Shown here piece by piece: positions 12,001-24,000 of a stretch of 64,000 nucleotides of DNA. Position 1 is the first letter of the stretch. Every line of letters begins with the position of its first letter. The DNA comes from Candidatus Spongiisociaceae bacterium (GTDB lineage Bacteria; Actinomycetota; Acidimicrobiia; Spongiisociales; Spongiisociaceae): the NCBI GenBank assembly GCA_965243835.1, contig OZ251578.1:533711-597710 (forward strand). Reading direction: 5' to 3'. Position numbers and translations under genes: made by a program. The notes under the pieces were generated by a model. That model ran no database searches and had not been told where the DNA came from. It saw only the letters and a program-made list of their open reading frames with translations.

Positions 12001-15000
12001 TTGTCAACGCTCCCTCCGGCGGGTATGCGTTGCGGCTCCCCTCGGCGATCATCGAGGACGACGAGTGGAGCAGCCGTCCCACCGGCATCGAGCTGACCGT
12101 GGACCGGGCGCGGGTGAACGAAGGGGCCGGTACCGCCCAAATCACGGTCACCGCCGCCTTCACCCGGGACGGCGGCTCCCCGGCCGGTTTGGACGTAGAC
12201 ACCGATGTGCCGGTGGTGATCCGTTCCGGCTCCGCCCTCGCCGGGACCGATTTCCGGCTGGTGGATTCGGGCGGCGACCCGGCCTCCTCCGAGTTCGCCA
12301 TTCGGATTCCCTCCGGTGAAACCAGCGCTACTTCCGTCATCAACCTGGCCCTGGTCGCCGACTCCCTGCCGGAAGATGACGAAACCCTGTGGGCGGCCGC
12401 CTCCCGCATCCCCCGTCCCAACGGGTTCGTATTCCGGGACGGCGTGGAACCGGCGGTCTTAACCATCACCGACCACACCCCCATCCTCTTCCACTTCTCC
12501 GTCGGCTCCCTGCGGGTAACGAATGACGATCCCCCGCGCCACATCCCCATCCTCGTCCCCCTTGCTTCCCTGCGCGAGCAACCGGGACAGACGGCGGGCG
12601 AGCCCCACTACACCTACATCACGGTCACCGCCTCCCTGCCGGCGGGGACCCCGCTCCCCGCCCGGGACCTGGAGATCAGAAACGTGCGCTTTACGGACGG
12701 CTCCGCCGCCGGAGACGACTACACGGCCCCCGCCTCCGTTAATTTGACCATCCCGGCCGGCCAGCGCTCCTCGATTGCCGGTCGAACAATCAAGGTGGGT
12801 GTGCTCGACGACGACTTGGCCGAAGGTCCGGAAACCATCCGTTTGTCGGCCGCCGCCCCCCTCGGCTACGCCATCGCCGATACGGAGCTGACCATCGACG
12901 ATAACGAAACCGCCGCTACCGGCGTTCAGTTGATCGTCAATCCGAATCCGGTGGCGGAGGCGGCGGGTTCGCAGTCGGTGGGGATAACGGCCCGGTTGGG
13001 GACCTGGACGGCGGCCCCCTCTACATACGCTTATACCAATCATCTGGGCGCGCAGGTTACGATCGCCTGCCCGTTGGACGAGTTCGGGGTTTCCCGTTGC
13101 TCGCATCCCGATCCGGCTGATACCTCGCAGATGATTACGGTGGTGCAACAACCGGTGTTCGCACCGGTGGCTACCCCGATTCCGGTCACCCATACCCATG
13201 CTTACGACCGGTCGGTTTTGGACCCGCAGACCGGGATGATGGTAACCGAGCGGGCGGCGATTTCCTGCGGACCCGACGAGTTGGGGGTGGGTCGTTGTTC
13301 CTATTCGGACGCGGTTGATCCGGCGGCGGACGCGTGCGCGTTGTTTACGGGGCGGGCCACGGCGGTTTGTTCCTATTCGGTCGCCGGGTCGCGGGTGTCG
13401 GTGGCCTATCGGCCGGCGTTGAACGGGACCGCGGGGGTGCGGACGGCGGACACGGAGGTGGAGGCGCGGTGGGGGCCGGCGGCGGCGCAGTCGTGGTTGG
13501 TTCCGGCCATGGCGGGGTCGGACTTCGCGATTCCGGGGCCGTTGCGCATAGTGGTTCCGGCGGGGGAGTTGCAGCGAACGGTTTATGCGGATTTGGAGGT
13601 GGCCGATGACGGGACGGCGGAGCCGTCGGAGACGTTCAAGTTGTCGGCGGAGGCGACGGGGATGACGGTGTTGGACGCGCCGGTGGTGATTGCGGGGAAC
13701 GCGCAACGCCCCTCGGTTACTTTGCGGGCCGCTCCGGCGTCGGTGGAGGAGTCGGCGGGGACGGTGGCGGTGCGGATAACGGCCAGCATTGACGGCCAGC
13801 TGTCGACCACCGATACCGGCATTGCGGTGTCGGTGGGGACCGAAGACGACTCCGCCGCTGAGGGAGTGGATTACGCGACGGTGCCCGACTTCTCCCTCGT
13901 CATCCCCGCCGGCCGGCCCTCCGCAACCGCGGTGGTGGAGTTGTCGGTGGTCGACGACGGGTTGGCCGAGGGCGTGGAAACGGTGAGCGTCACCGGAGGG
14001 GCCGACCGGGATGACATAACCGACGGCGTCATAACCATCACCGACGACGACGCGGCCGCCCTGCGCTTTACGCTGGACGTAGCGGCGGTGGAGGAAGATT
14101 CGGGAACCACCGAGGTGACGGTGACGGCCGCCCTGGCCGGAGGCGGGGTGCGCGGGGAGGATGTCCCGGTGGCGATCACGGTGACGGGGGCCGACGCCCT
14201 GTACTGCCACCAGGATGACGCGAACGACTTGGTGAATTGCCCATCGCAACCGGGTAAGGCGCAGGCCGGGGACGACTACGCGGCCGTACCCGACTTCACC
14301 ATCACCATTCCGGCCGGCCGCTCCCGGGCCGAGGGCTCCTTCAGTTGGACGGTGGTCGACGACCGGTTGCAGGAAGGGGCGGAAAAAGCGACGGTGACGG
14401 CTACCGCGGGCGATGAGGTCGTCATCCGGGAGTTGGCCATAACCGACAATGACCGGGCCGCGGCCGATTTGGAACTGAATCTGACCCCCGCCCTGGGGAC
14501 CGCGGAGCCGCCCGGCGCCTCCTTCCCGGAACTCGCCGCCCCCCGTCGGCAGGGGGCCGTCGTCCGTTCCTACTCCTACATTGTTACCGCCGCTCCCGTA
14601 GCGGAGCAGGGACTGCTCACCTCGCCTTCCACGGTCACCTTGTCGGTGGGGGAGGGAACCGTCTCGGCCGACGACTACCAGATATCTTTCCTGCCGGACC
14701 AAACAGTGGTGGTCCCGGCGGGTCCGATCGAGGATTTGGGAGCGGATAATCAAGTGCTGGTAACCATCACCCCCGTCGACGACGACCGGGTGGAGGGCCC
14801 CGAGTCGCTGGTGTTGACCGGCGTCGCCTCCGGCGGGCAGAATGTGGCGTCGACGGTTTTGACTATTACCGACACCGCACCCACCGGGATTGATTACATT
14901 AATATCAGTTTGGACCGCACCGAGGTAGGCGAGGGGGAAGGCTCGGTTCCGTTGCAGGTCACCGCGCAACTGGCGTGCCGCCGGGCGGGGATTTGTCCGA

Positions 15001-18000
15001 GGTTGTCCGAGGCGCGGACGGTGGAGATACAGGTGTCGGAGACTTTGAGCCGGGCCGCGGCCGGTGATGATTTCACCTTGGGGACGGCCTCGATTACCAT
15101 CCCGGCGGGGAAATCGGCCGCTTCCGCCGTCGTGCAGTTGCAGGTGTTGGACGACCGGTTGGCGGAAGGCAACGAGTCCATTGCGATTACCGGTTCCGCT
15201 TTCGGGTATCGGGCGGACCCGGCCACCCTGTTGATCATCGACGACGAACCGGCGATGGGGGAGTTGGATTTGCAGTTCAGCCGGGGAAGCGCCGGGGAGG
15301 GGGCGGGCGCGGTTCCGTTGCTTCTGACCGCCGGTTGGCCGGCCGGAGTGAGCGTGCTGACCGACACCGAGGTGACGGTGATACTGGGCGGCGGCACGGC
15401 GGAGGCCGGGGTCGATTACGAGGTGTTGGAGCGGAGCCGGTTCACGATGACCATTCCCGCCGGTCGTTCCCGCGTCTCGGCCCGCTTGGGCGAGTTGACC
15501 CTGGTGGACGATGAGGTGGCCGAGGGTACGGAAACGTTTGCGGCTCTGGGGTGGGCGCAGGCCCGGGGGGAGGACGTCCGCTCCTATAAGGTCAACTCGG
15601 CCGTTTTGCGCATAACCGACGACGACCCGGCGGAAGTGCGTCTGACGGTGGACACCCCGCACGTCTTGGAAGACGATGATCGCGGGCTTTTCCTGGATGA
15701 CCGGGATAAACAATCTACTTGCCTGCCCGGTCCTGAGTTTTGGCAACACGGATCTAGGCAATTTTCGTATGATTTCTGTCGGAGGCCCGATAGGACGATT
15801 CCGATCACGGTGACCGCTTCCCTGATCGACGGGGAGGGGGCCGGAACGGTGGTGCGGGACCTGGACACAGTGGTGCGGGTGTCGGTCGGAGCCGAGGAGG
15901 ACACGGCCGCTTCGGGAACCGACTACGTCGTAACCGAAGGACTGGAGTCGGACGGTTATCTGTACATCGTCATCCCGGCGGGGGAGGCTTCCGCTACCGG
16001 GAACTTCCGGATGGAGGTGACCGACGACAACATGGCGGGCGAGACCGAATGGTCCTCGGTCCCCGCCGACAACGGCAACGCCCGGGTAAATATCATCCGC
16101 ACCGAATCCCTGTCCATAACCGGCGCGGTGGCGGCCGGGCCGGGTCCCGCGCTACTTGCGGTAGTCGACGCCGTAGCAAAGGAGATCTGGGACTTGGCCG
16201 ACCTTTTGCCCTCCGCGCAAATTGCGGTAACCGGGGCCGCAGTGGAGATTTGGGACCTGACCGACCTGATGCCCACCGATATCAACTTCACACTGTCCAC
16301 TGCGCGTGTCGCCGAAGGCGACGCCGATCGCACGGTCCCGGTGACGGTCGCCGTTTCCCTGGGATTGCCCCCCATTCCCAAACGGATCCCGCAACGACGA
16401 TGTCGATGGTGCGCCGAGCTGATCGACCAAACGCCCGGTCCGCATCGGGACTTGTACACCTTGCCCTACGATTTGACGGTGCCGATTACGTTCACGGCGG
16501 ACTTGGACGAGGAGGGGAACCCGTTGCCCGGATGGGCTGCGGCCGGGGTGGATTACGGAACGCCGGTCCCGGTGAATCCCGCCCCCGGGGAGGCCGGTTT
16601 GTCGGTAACCATTCCCGCTGGCCGATCCACGGGAACGACGATGTTCAACCTGCCGCTCATCGGGGACTACGTCACCGAAAACGCGGTGGGCATCGGCCAT
16701 TCGGGAAGCGAATGGTTGCGGGTGGGCACCGACTTGCCGGGCTGGACGACGGAGGAGGCGATTTTGGAGATCGTCGACGACGACCCGGCCCCGGTGTTGC
16801 GTTTGGAAGCGGACCGGGAAACCGTAAGCGAAGACGGCGGGACGCAACCGGTGACGCTGACCGCCCGCCTGGTTTCCCCCGACGGTTCTCCCGGTTCTTT
16901 CACCGCTGATTTGCCGTTCGTCCTGCAGGTGGGGGACGCGGGCGACGGCGCCCGCCTGTCCGCCGACGGCGCGGCGGGCCGGCATGATTTCCGGTTGGGC
17001 GCCCCTCCGGTGGATGACGCGCCGACGAACACCCGCGGGGATTGGATTAATTACCGGGTTGCTTCGCCGGAGTTGACGGAGGGCTCGGAGGCGGACATCG
17101 AGTTGCACATCAACACGGCTGTGCAGGCTTTTGGCGAAAAAAGGATAATGGTGTCGGTGGGGGCCGCCGGGGATTCGGCGAGCGCTTCCGATTACGAGTT
17201 GGTATCGGCCACTTGGCATAACCAGGACCTGCCGGTGACCAACGGGCGGTTTACGGCCACGATCGGCGGAGGCGGGAGCGGGATTACGGTGACTATGCGG
17301 TTGCGGGTGACGGACGACGCCGAGTACGAGGGGACGGAGGTTTTGACTATTTCCGGGACCGCTGCCGGCGCCTGTCATCCGCATACCAACTCGTGCGAGG
17401 TGGGTTCGGTGCAGTTGGCGATACCGCGCAACGATGAGCCGGTCGTTCTGCCGGAGGCGACGCCGACGAGCGAGCGCGGCGGGTGGGTCAACCTGGAGGC
17501 GGACGACCCGCCGCCCCTGACCGAAGGATCGCTGGCGGATGTTCCGTTGCGGGTCACCCTGGCCGCCGCCCGCACGGCCGTCACCACGGTGACGGTGCAG
17601 GTAGGGGCGGATGATGACAAGTTCGGCGTTTACCGGGGTCGGGGAGAAGGGATTCGGGTGTCCCGGTTCAACTCCGAACACCGCGCGCAACGGTCCGCCG
17701 ATTACGAGGTGGTAGGGGTCCGGTTCGGCCCCGACGAACTGACGGTGACCGACGGAGCGTTCGCGGTCCCCATCCCCGCAGGCTCCACGGAAGCCGTCGT
17801 GACCCTGCGGTTGCGGGTGACGGACGACACCGCTTACGAAGGGGCGGAGGTGTTCACCATTTCCGGGTCCACCGCCGACTGCCCCGCGGACGGTTCCTGC
17901 ACGGCGGGCTGGTTGGAGTTGGCGATACCGCGCAACGACCAGCCTCCACTGGGCAACCTGAAAGCGGTGACCATTCCCGCCGGAGAAAGCTCCGTCTCGG

Positions 18001-21000
18001 CCACATTCGACCTGCACGTATTGGAAGACAACCTGGACGAGGGCGACGGGGAGGACGTGTTCTTGGGCGCGGCCCGTTTGCCCTTGCCCGACCCGCCGGA
18101 GCCGGTGCGGGTGCGGATCACCGACAACGATACGGCCTCGGATGTCATCAATTTGAACGTGGCGCAGGCGGGGAGCGGGGGGCAACCGAATTGGGTGAAC
18201 GAGAACGCCGGTTCCGACTTGGATTTGTCGGTGGCCTTGTCCTTCCCCGAAGGCGCCGGGGCCCGTTTGACGGATACGACGGTGATTCTCTCCTCCGCCG
18301 ATGGTTCGGCGGGGCCCGCTGATTACAGTTTGCAGTTCCTGGATGCGGACCGGGACGGGCCGCTCTGGCCCGGGCAGGCCGTTATTCCGGCCGGGGAGAC
18401 CGGCGTAGTGTGGTTGATGGGCCCCCCGACGGTCCAGTTCGGCAAATACGTTCCCGGCTCGGTGGACTTCGACGTGGTTGACGATGCGGAGGCGGAAGGC
18501 GACGAGACGTTTACCATCAGCGGTTCCGCGCCCGGGTTCCGGGTCGGTTCGGATACGGTGACCATTAAAGATTCGGAGCCGGACGCGATCGTGCTGACGA
18601 TCGGCTCCATAGGGTCGGGGAGGAATACGGGGGCGCGGGAGCTGGAGTTGGGCGAGGATGTGAACGCCCGGTTGGCCGATTTGCCGGGCGGGGTTGCGGG
18701 TCCGATTACTTTGCAAGTGCGGGCCGCTTTTCCGGATTCGATAGCGGACGGGGATTTGCCCGCTTCGGATACGGAGATCACGTTGGGCGGGGCGGACGGG
18801 AAGTTGCTGGCCTGGGACGGGGGGTTGTCCCGGCCGGCTACCGGGGGCGAGTACGCGGTGCAGAGCGTGGTTTTGAACACCCGCAACACGCCCCTGACCT
18901 TGACCATCCCGGCTAATACGCGGAGCGCGGTGGGGACCATCCGGGTGTCGATGTTGGACGATTCGGTGGTGGAGGGGACGGAAAACTTCCAGATTTCTGG
19001 TTCCACGACCGATTACAAGGTGTCCCCGGCGGTGGTGCATGTGACGGACAACGATACCGAATTGCCGGTGTTTGACTTGTCGGTTTCCCCCCGGTTCGTG
19101 GCGGAGGGCGTGAGCGGGGAGCAGCAGGTGACGGTTACCGTCACCGCCCGGGGCGCGGCGCGGTTGGGGGCGGATACGGTGGTGCAGTTGGAGTTGGGGG
19201 CGACGGAGCCGGGCGGTCCTGATTACGAGCCGGTGGCGGAGGATGATTTACGGTTGGTGGTGCCGGCGGACGCGGCTAGCGGTTCCGTCACTTTCGGTTT
19301 GACGTTGGTGGATGACAACGTGGCGGAGGGAGTGTCGTCGACGGCGTACGACGCGGTGACGGTGTCGGGGTCGGCGGTGTCGCCGTTGGGCGGGGAGCCC
19401 CTGCAGGTAACGACGGGGCTGGTGGTGGTTGTGGACAACGATGTGGTGACGCGGGCCATCAGGCTGAGCGCTTCGGTTCCCGAAGGGGGTTTGCGGGAGG
19501 GCGACAAATCCGGGGTGACGGTGCGGGCCGCCTTCCCGGATGGGTCGGCGGTGCGGCCGGTGGACACGACGGTGCTGGTGGAGCCGGGGGTCGTGACCGG
19601 GTCGGTGGGGAATCCGGCGCGGGAGGCGGGGGAGGATGATTACCAATGGCCAGCCGCGGGGGTGCGGGTGGTTATCCCGGCCGGGGAGTTGTCGGGGGAA
19701 ACAACCTTTGCCTTGACTTTGACCGATGACCGGTTGAGCGAGCCGGAGGAGATTATTTCCCTGTCCGGGAGGGCCGTCGCTCCCTACCGTCTGCCTTTCC
19801 CGCGGCATCCCGACCGGGAGTTCGCGGTGATCCCCACCACCGTGACCGTGGCCGACAACGATGTGACCCCCTCCTATGTGACCTTGGCGGTAGCCCCCGC
19901 CCCTCCCGCCGCCGACGACGAATCCGGGCCGTCCGGGATGTCCGGGGCCTCCGGGGCGGCGTCTCCGCCCTTTACGGGCATGGTGCGGGAAGGGGACGAG
20001 ACGGCCGAGTTCATCGTCACCGCCTATTTCGGGCCGGGAGCGGCCCGTTCCGTGGACACCTTTTTCACCCTCGGTTTGGGAGGACGCTCCGAACGCACCA
20101 TTAACCTCGCAACCCCGGACGGGCGGACCATCCGCGACCGGAGAGGCCGCCCGGTCGCGATCACCATCCCCGGCGACACCGCCGTCAAGGGAACCGATTT
20201 CCGCATCGTGGACGACGCGGGCAATCCGGTAACCGACGATCTGGTGGTGGTCATCCCCGCCGGGCGGAGCAGCGGTTCGGCCGCTTTCCGGCTGGCAGTA
20301 ACCGACGACTCCTTGGTCGGCGAAGACCCGGAAATCTTGACTATTTACTCCACCGCCCCCGCCCCCGTCGGTTCCAACCCCGAGTTCGACGTGGCGCCCG
20401 TCACCCTCACCATCATGGACAACGACCAAGCCGGCGTCATCAACCTGACCCTTACCAACGCCGCCGACCAACCACTGGAATCCGTGGACGAATCCGCCGG
20501 CACCGGGGTGACCGTCAAGGTAACCGCCTCCTTCCCGGGTGGGGGCGTCCTGGCCGCCGACACGGCGGTGGACGTAACCGTGGAGGACGGGACCGCCTTC
20601 GGCAAAGGAGTGGACTACACCGACCAGAGCGACACGCAGACCACCCCGTTGCGTTTGACCATCCCCGCCGGGAGCAACAGCGCGGTCGGCTCCCTGACTT
20701 TGGACCTCATCAACGACGACGACTTCGAAGGCCACGAAACCATCAGCATCGCCGGGACGGTGGCCGGGGCGCAAACCGTCGACTACACGGTCAACTCCGC
20801 CACCCTGACCATCCTCGACGACGAAGCCACCATCAACCTGACGGCGGACACCGACTCCGGTATGCCCAACGACCAAACCACCGTATCGGAGGCCGACGGC
20901 ATCATCCCGGTGAGGGTTACCGCCACCCTGCCCGCCACCGCCTCCCTCCCGCCCAGCGCGACGACCATCGCCGTTTCCCTGCAGGAAAGCGGCGACTCCA

Positions 21001-24000
21001 ACAAGGCCGACAAGGGAACCGGGGCCGACTTCGTAATGGTGGACGCCTCCGGGAACGAGTTGGCCAACGTGGACCTGGTTCTTCCCCTCGGAGCCCGCAC
21101 CTCCTCCCCGATTACCCTGCGCCTGAAAGTGAACGACGACCGGACGGTGGAACCCGATGAAACCCTGCTCGTGTCCGGTACCACGGGCGCCATAGAGGTG
21201 ATTTCCGTCGCCCTGACCATCGCGGACAACGATGTGGACCTGACCGTGGACGACAACTCGGTGGACGAGGGGTCCACCGACACCATCGTCGTCACCGCCG
21301 CGGTGGGCGAGGCGGCTCCGGCGGGCGGACGCACCGTCAGCCTGGCCGTCGCCTCCGGCGGGGACTTCACGGCCGAGGCCGCCGACTTCACGGCCACCCC
21401 CGCCTCCTCTCCCTTCGCGGTGGAGATCGCGGCCGGCTCCACCTCCGGGACGGCCGTCTTCGACCTGCAGGCCGTCGACGACACCGCCGCGGAAGACGCG
21501 GAGACGGTGGGAGTCACCGGAACCCTGAGCGGATTCCAAGTGGACCCGGCGACGGTCACCATCGCCGACCAGGACCGGGGGGTCACCCTCACCCTGGTCG
21601 ACTCCGCCGATAACGAAGTGACCTCGGTGGGCGAGGACGATGCGGCCGCAACTTCCCTCAACTTCACCGTCGCCTTGGACGCCGCTTCCTCCGACCTCAC
21701 CGGCGCCTTGTCGGTGATGGTGGCCGTGGGGGCCTCCGGTTCCACCGCCGCCGTCGGGGCGAGCGCCGACTACACCCGCTCCGCCTCGTCGGTCACGGTG
21801 ACCATCCCGGCCGGGGATCTGACCGCCACCTCCGCCTCCGGCGTATCCATCGACCCCGTTTCCGACGCGGTGGCGGAGGGGGACGAGATCATTCGTTTCA
21901 CCGGGACCGCGACTGGGTTCCAGTCGGCGAACGCCGATTTGACGATCGACGATCCCGATTCGCAGATCTTTTTGACTTTGAACAACGTCAATCCGGCGGA
22001 GGACGCCGACCCGGCTACTTCCTTCACCGTCACCGCCGCCTACGGTTCTTCGGTTACTTCTTCCACCATCGGGTCGGCTACCGCGGTGGCGATCACGGCC
22101 GCCGGTTCGGGTTCCAAGCCCGCCGATTCCCACGACTTTTCCTACAACGCCACTTCGGTGTCCATTCCGGCGAATGCGTTGACCAGCGGGGCGCAGGCGC
22201 TGGGTTTGACGATTACCGATGACGATCGGGTGGATGACGGGTCGGGGGCGACGAACGCGGAGACGTTGGCGGTGGGCGGCACGCCGCCGTCCGGTTTCCC
22301 GGCTATTTCCCCGGTGACGGTGACCATTTCCGATGACGATCATCGGATCAGCTGGTCGTTCACCCGGTCGTCGGCGGCCTATACGGGAGGAACGGAAGGG
22401 GACAGTTTGGGGTCGGTGATGGGGACCGCTTCCTTCGCCGGGTCGTCATCTGATTTGCCGGCCAATGTGGCGGTTACGTTGGTGATTGACGCGGTGGACG
22501 ACGTAGGTGATTCCACTGATGACGCGGTGACCGCGCAGGCGGCTGATTTGACCGCGCCGGGGAGCCCCATCACGGTTACCATCCCGGCCGGGTCGACGAG
22601 CGCTCCGGCCCGGGCTTTGACCGGTTACGTTTTTGCGCAGGACACGGCCGCCGAGTTGCCGGAGACGGTGTTGGCGGGCGGGTCGGCCGGCGCTTATCCG
22701 GTGGATGACACTCCCCTCACTATCACCGACGACGACTCGGTTATCAGCCTGACCTTCGGCCAGTCGGCGGCGGAGAACTCCGCTCTCGGGGCGGCGCAGG
22801 TGTCCGCCTCCTTCGCTCCCACCGCCGCCACCTCCGATATCACCTCCGCCACCGTTGTGACCCTGTCCTTTGACGCGGGAGGGACGGCCACCGCCGCCGC
22901 GACCGACTTCACCGCCCCCGGCACGGCGGTTACGGTCAGCATTCCGGGCGGTTCCACCAGCAGCGCTTCCGCGGTTTCCCTGACCGGTTTGACCGTCAAC
23001 GACGACACCCGGGCCGAAGGAACCGAAACCATCCGCGTGCGCGGAACCGCCGACAACGCGTTGGCCGTCCCCGACGCCTACCTGCCCATCGTCGACAGCG
23101 ACTTGGGGGTCGCGCTTACCGTCGACACGGACAGCGGAACCCCCGGGGATCAGACCGCGCTGGATGAAGACGGGACCCCGGCGGTGCGGGTGCGGGCCGC
23201 TTTCACCACCGCCACCGTCTCCGATTTGTCCTCCGCCACCACCGTGTCGGTCAACGCGGCCCCCTCCGCTACCGCCTCCGCCCTCGGCGGCGGAACCGAC
23301 TTCACCCCCGCCCCCTCCGCGGCGGCCATCACCATCGGGGCCAACTCCCTTTCCGGCTCGGCGGTGACCCTCGCCGGGTTGGGGATCAACGACGATACCA
23401 TCGCCGAAGGCTCCGAAACCTTCCGGATTACCGGGACGGTGTCCGGGGCGGCCGCCGGAGGGTCGGCGGCCCCCGTCACCCTCACCATCCTGGACGATGA
23501 CACGGCCCTGGTGCTCCGCGCCTCGCCCAATTTGGTGATCGAGCAGGCCGTCGCCCACGACATTACGGTCACCACCGCCTTCGACGCCGCCTCTTCGGTG
23601 CTTACTTCGGCCACCAGGGTGACGGTCGTCATCGCCTCCGGGGACGGGGCCAACGCGGCCACCTTGGGTTCCTCCGGGGACTTCACCACCGACCAGACCG
23701 GCAACTCGTTTACGGTCGACATCCCGGCCGGGCAGATCAGCGCCGCCGGGACGTTTAAACTGACCGCCCCCACCGACTCCACCACCGAGGGGACCGAGCA
23801 CGTGAAAATTTCCGGGTCGGCCGCGGTGAGCGGCGTGTCCCTGCAGTCCGATACCACCATGTCCATCACCGACCAGGACATCGTCAACCTGTCCGTGGCC
23901 GACGCCGACACCACCGCCTCCGGAACGCAGACCGTCATTTCGGAGGGGGCGGGTACCGCCCGGTTGCGGATCGGGGGTACCCTCTCCGCCCAGTCCCGGA

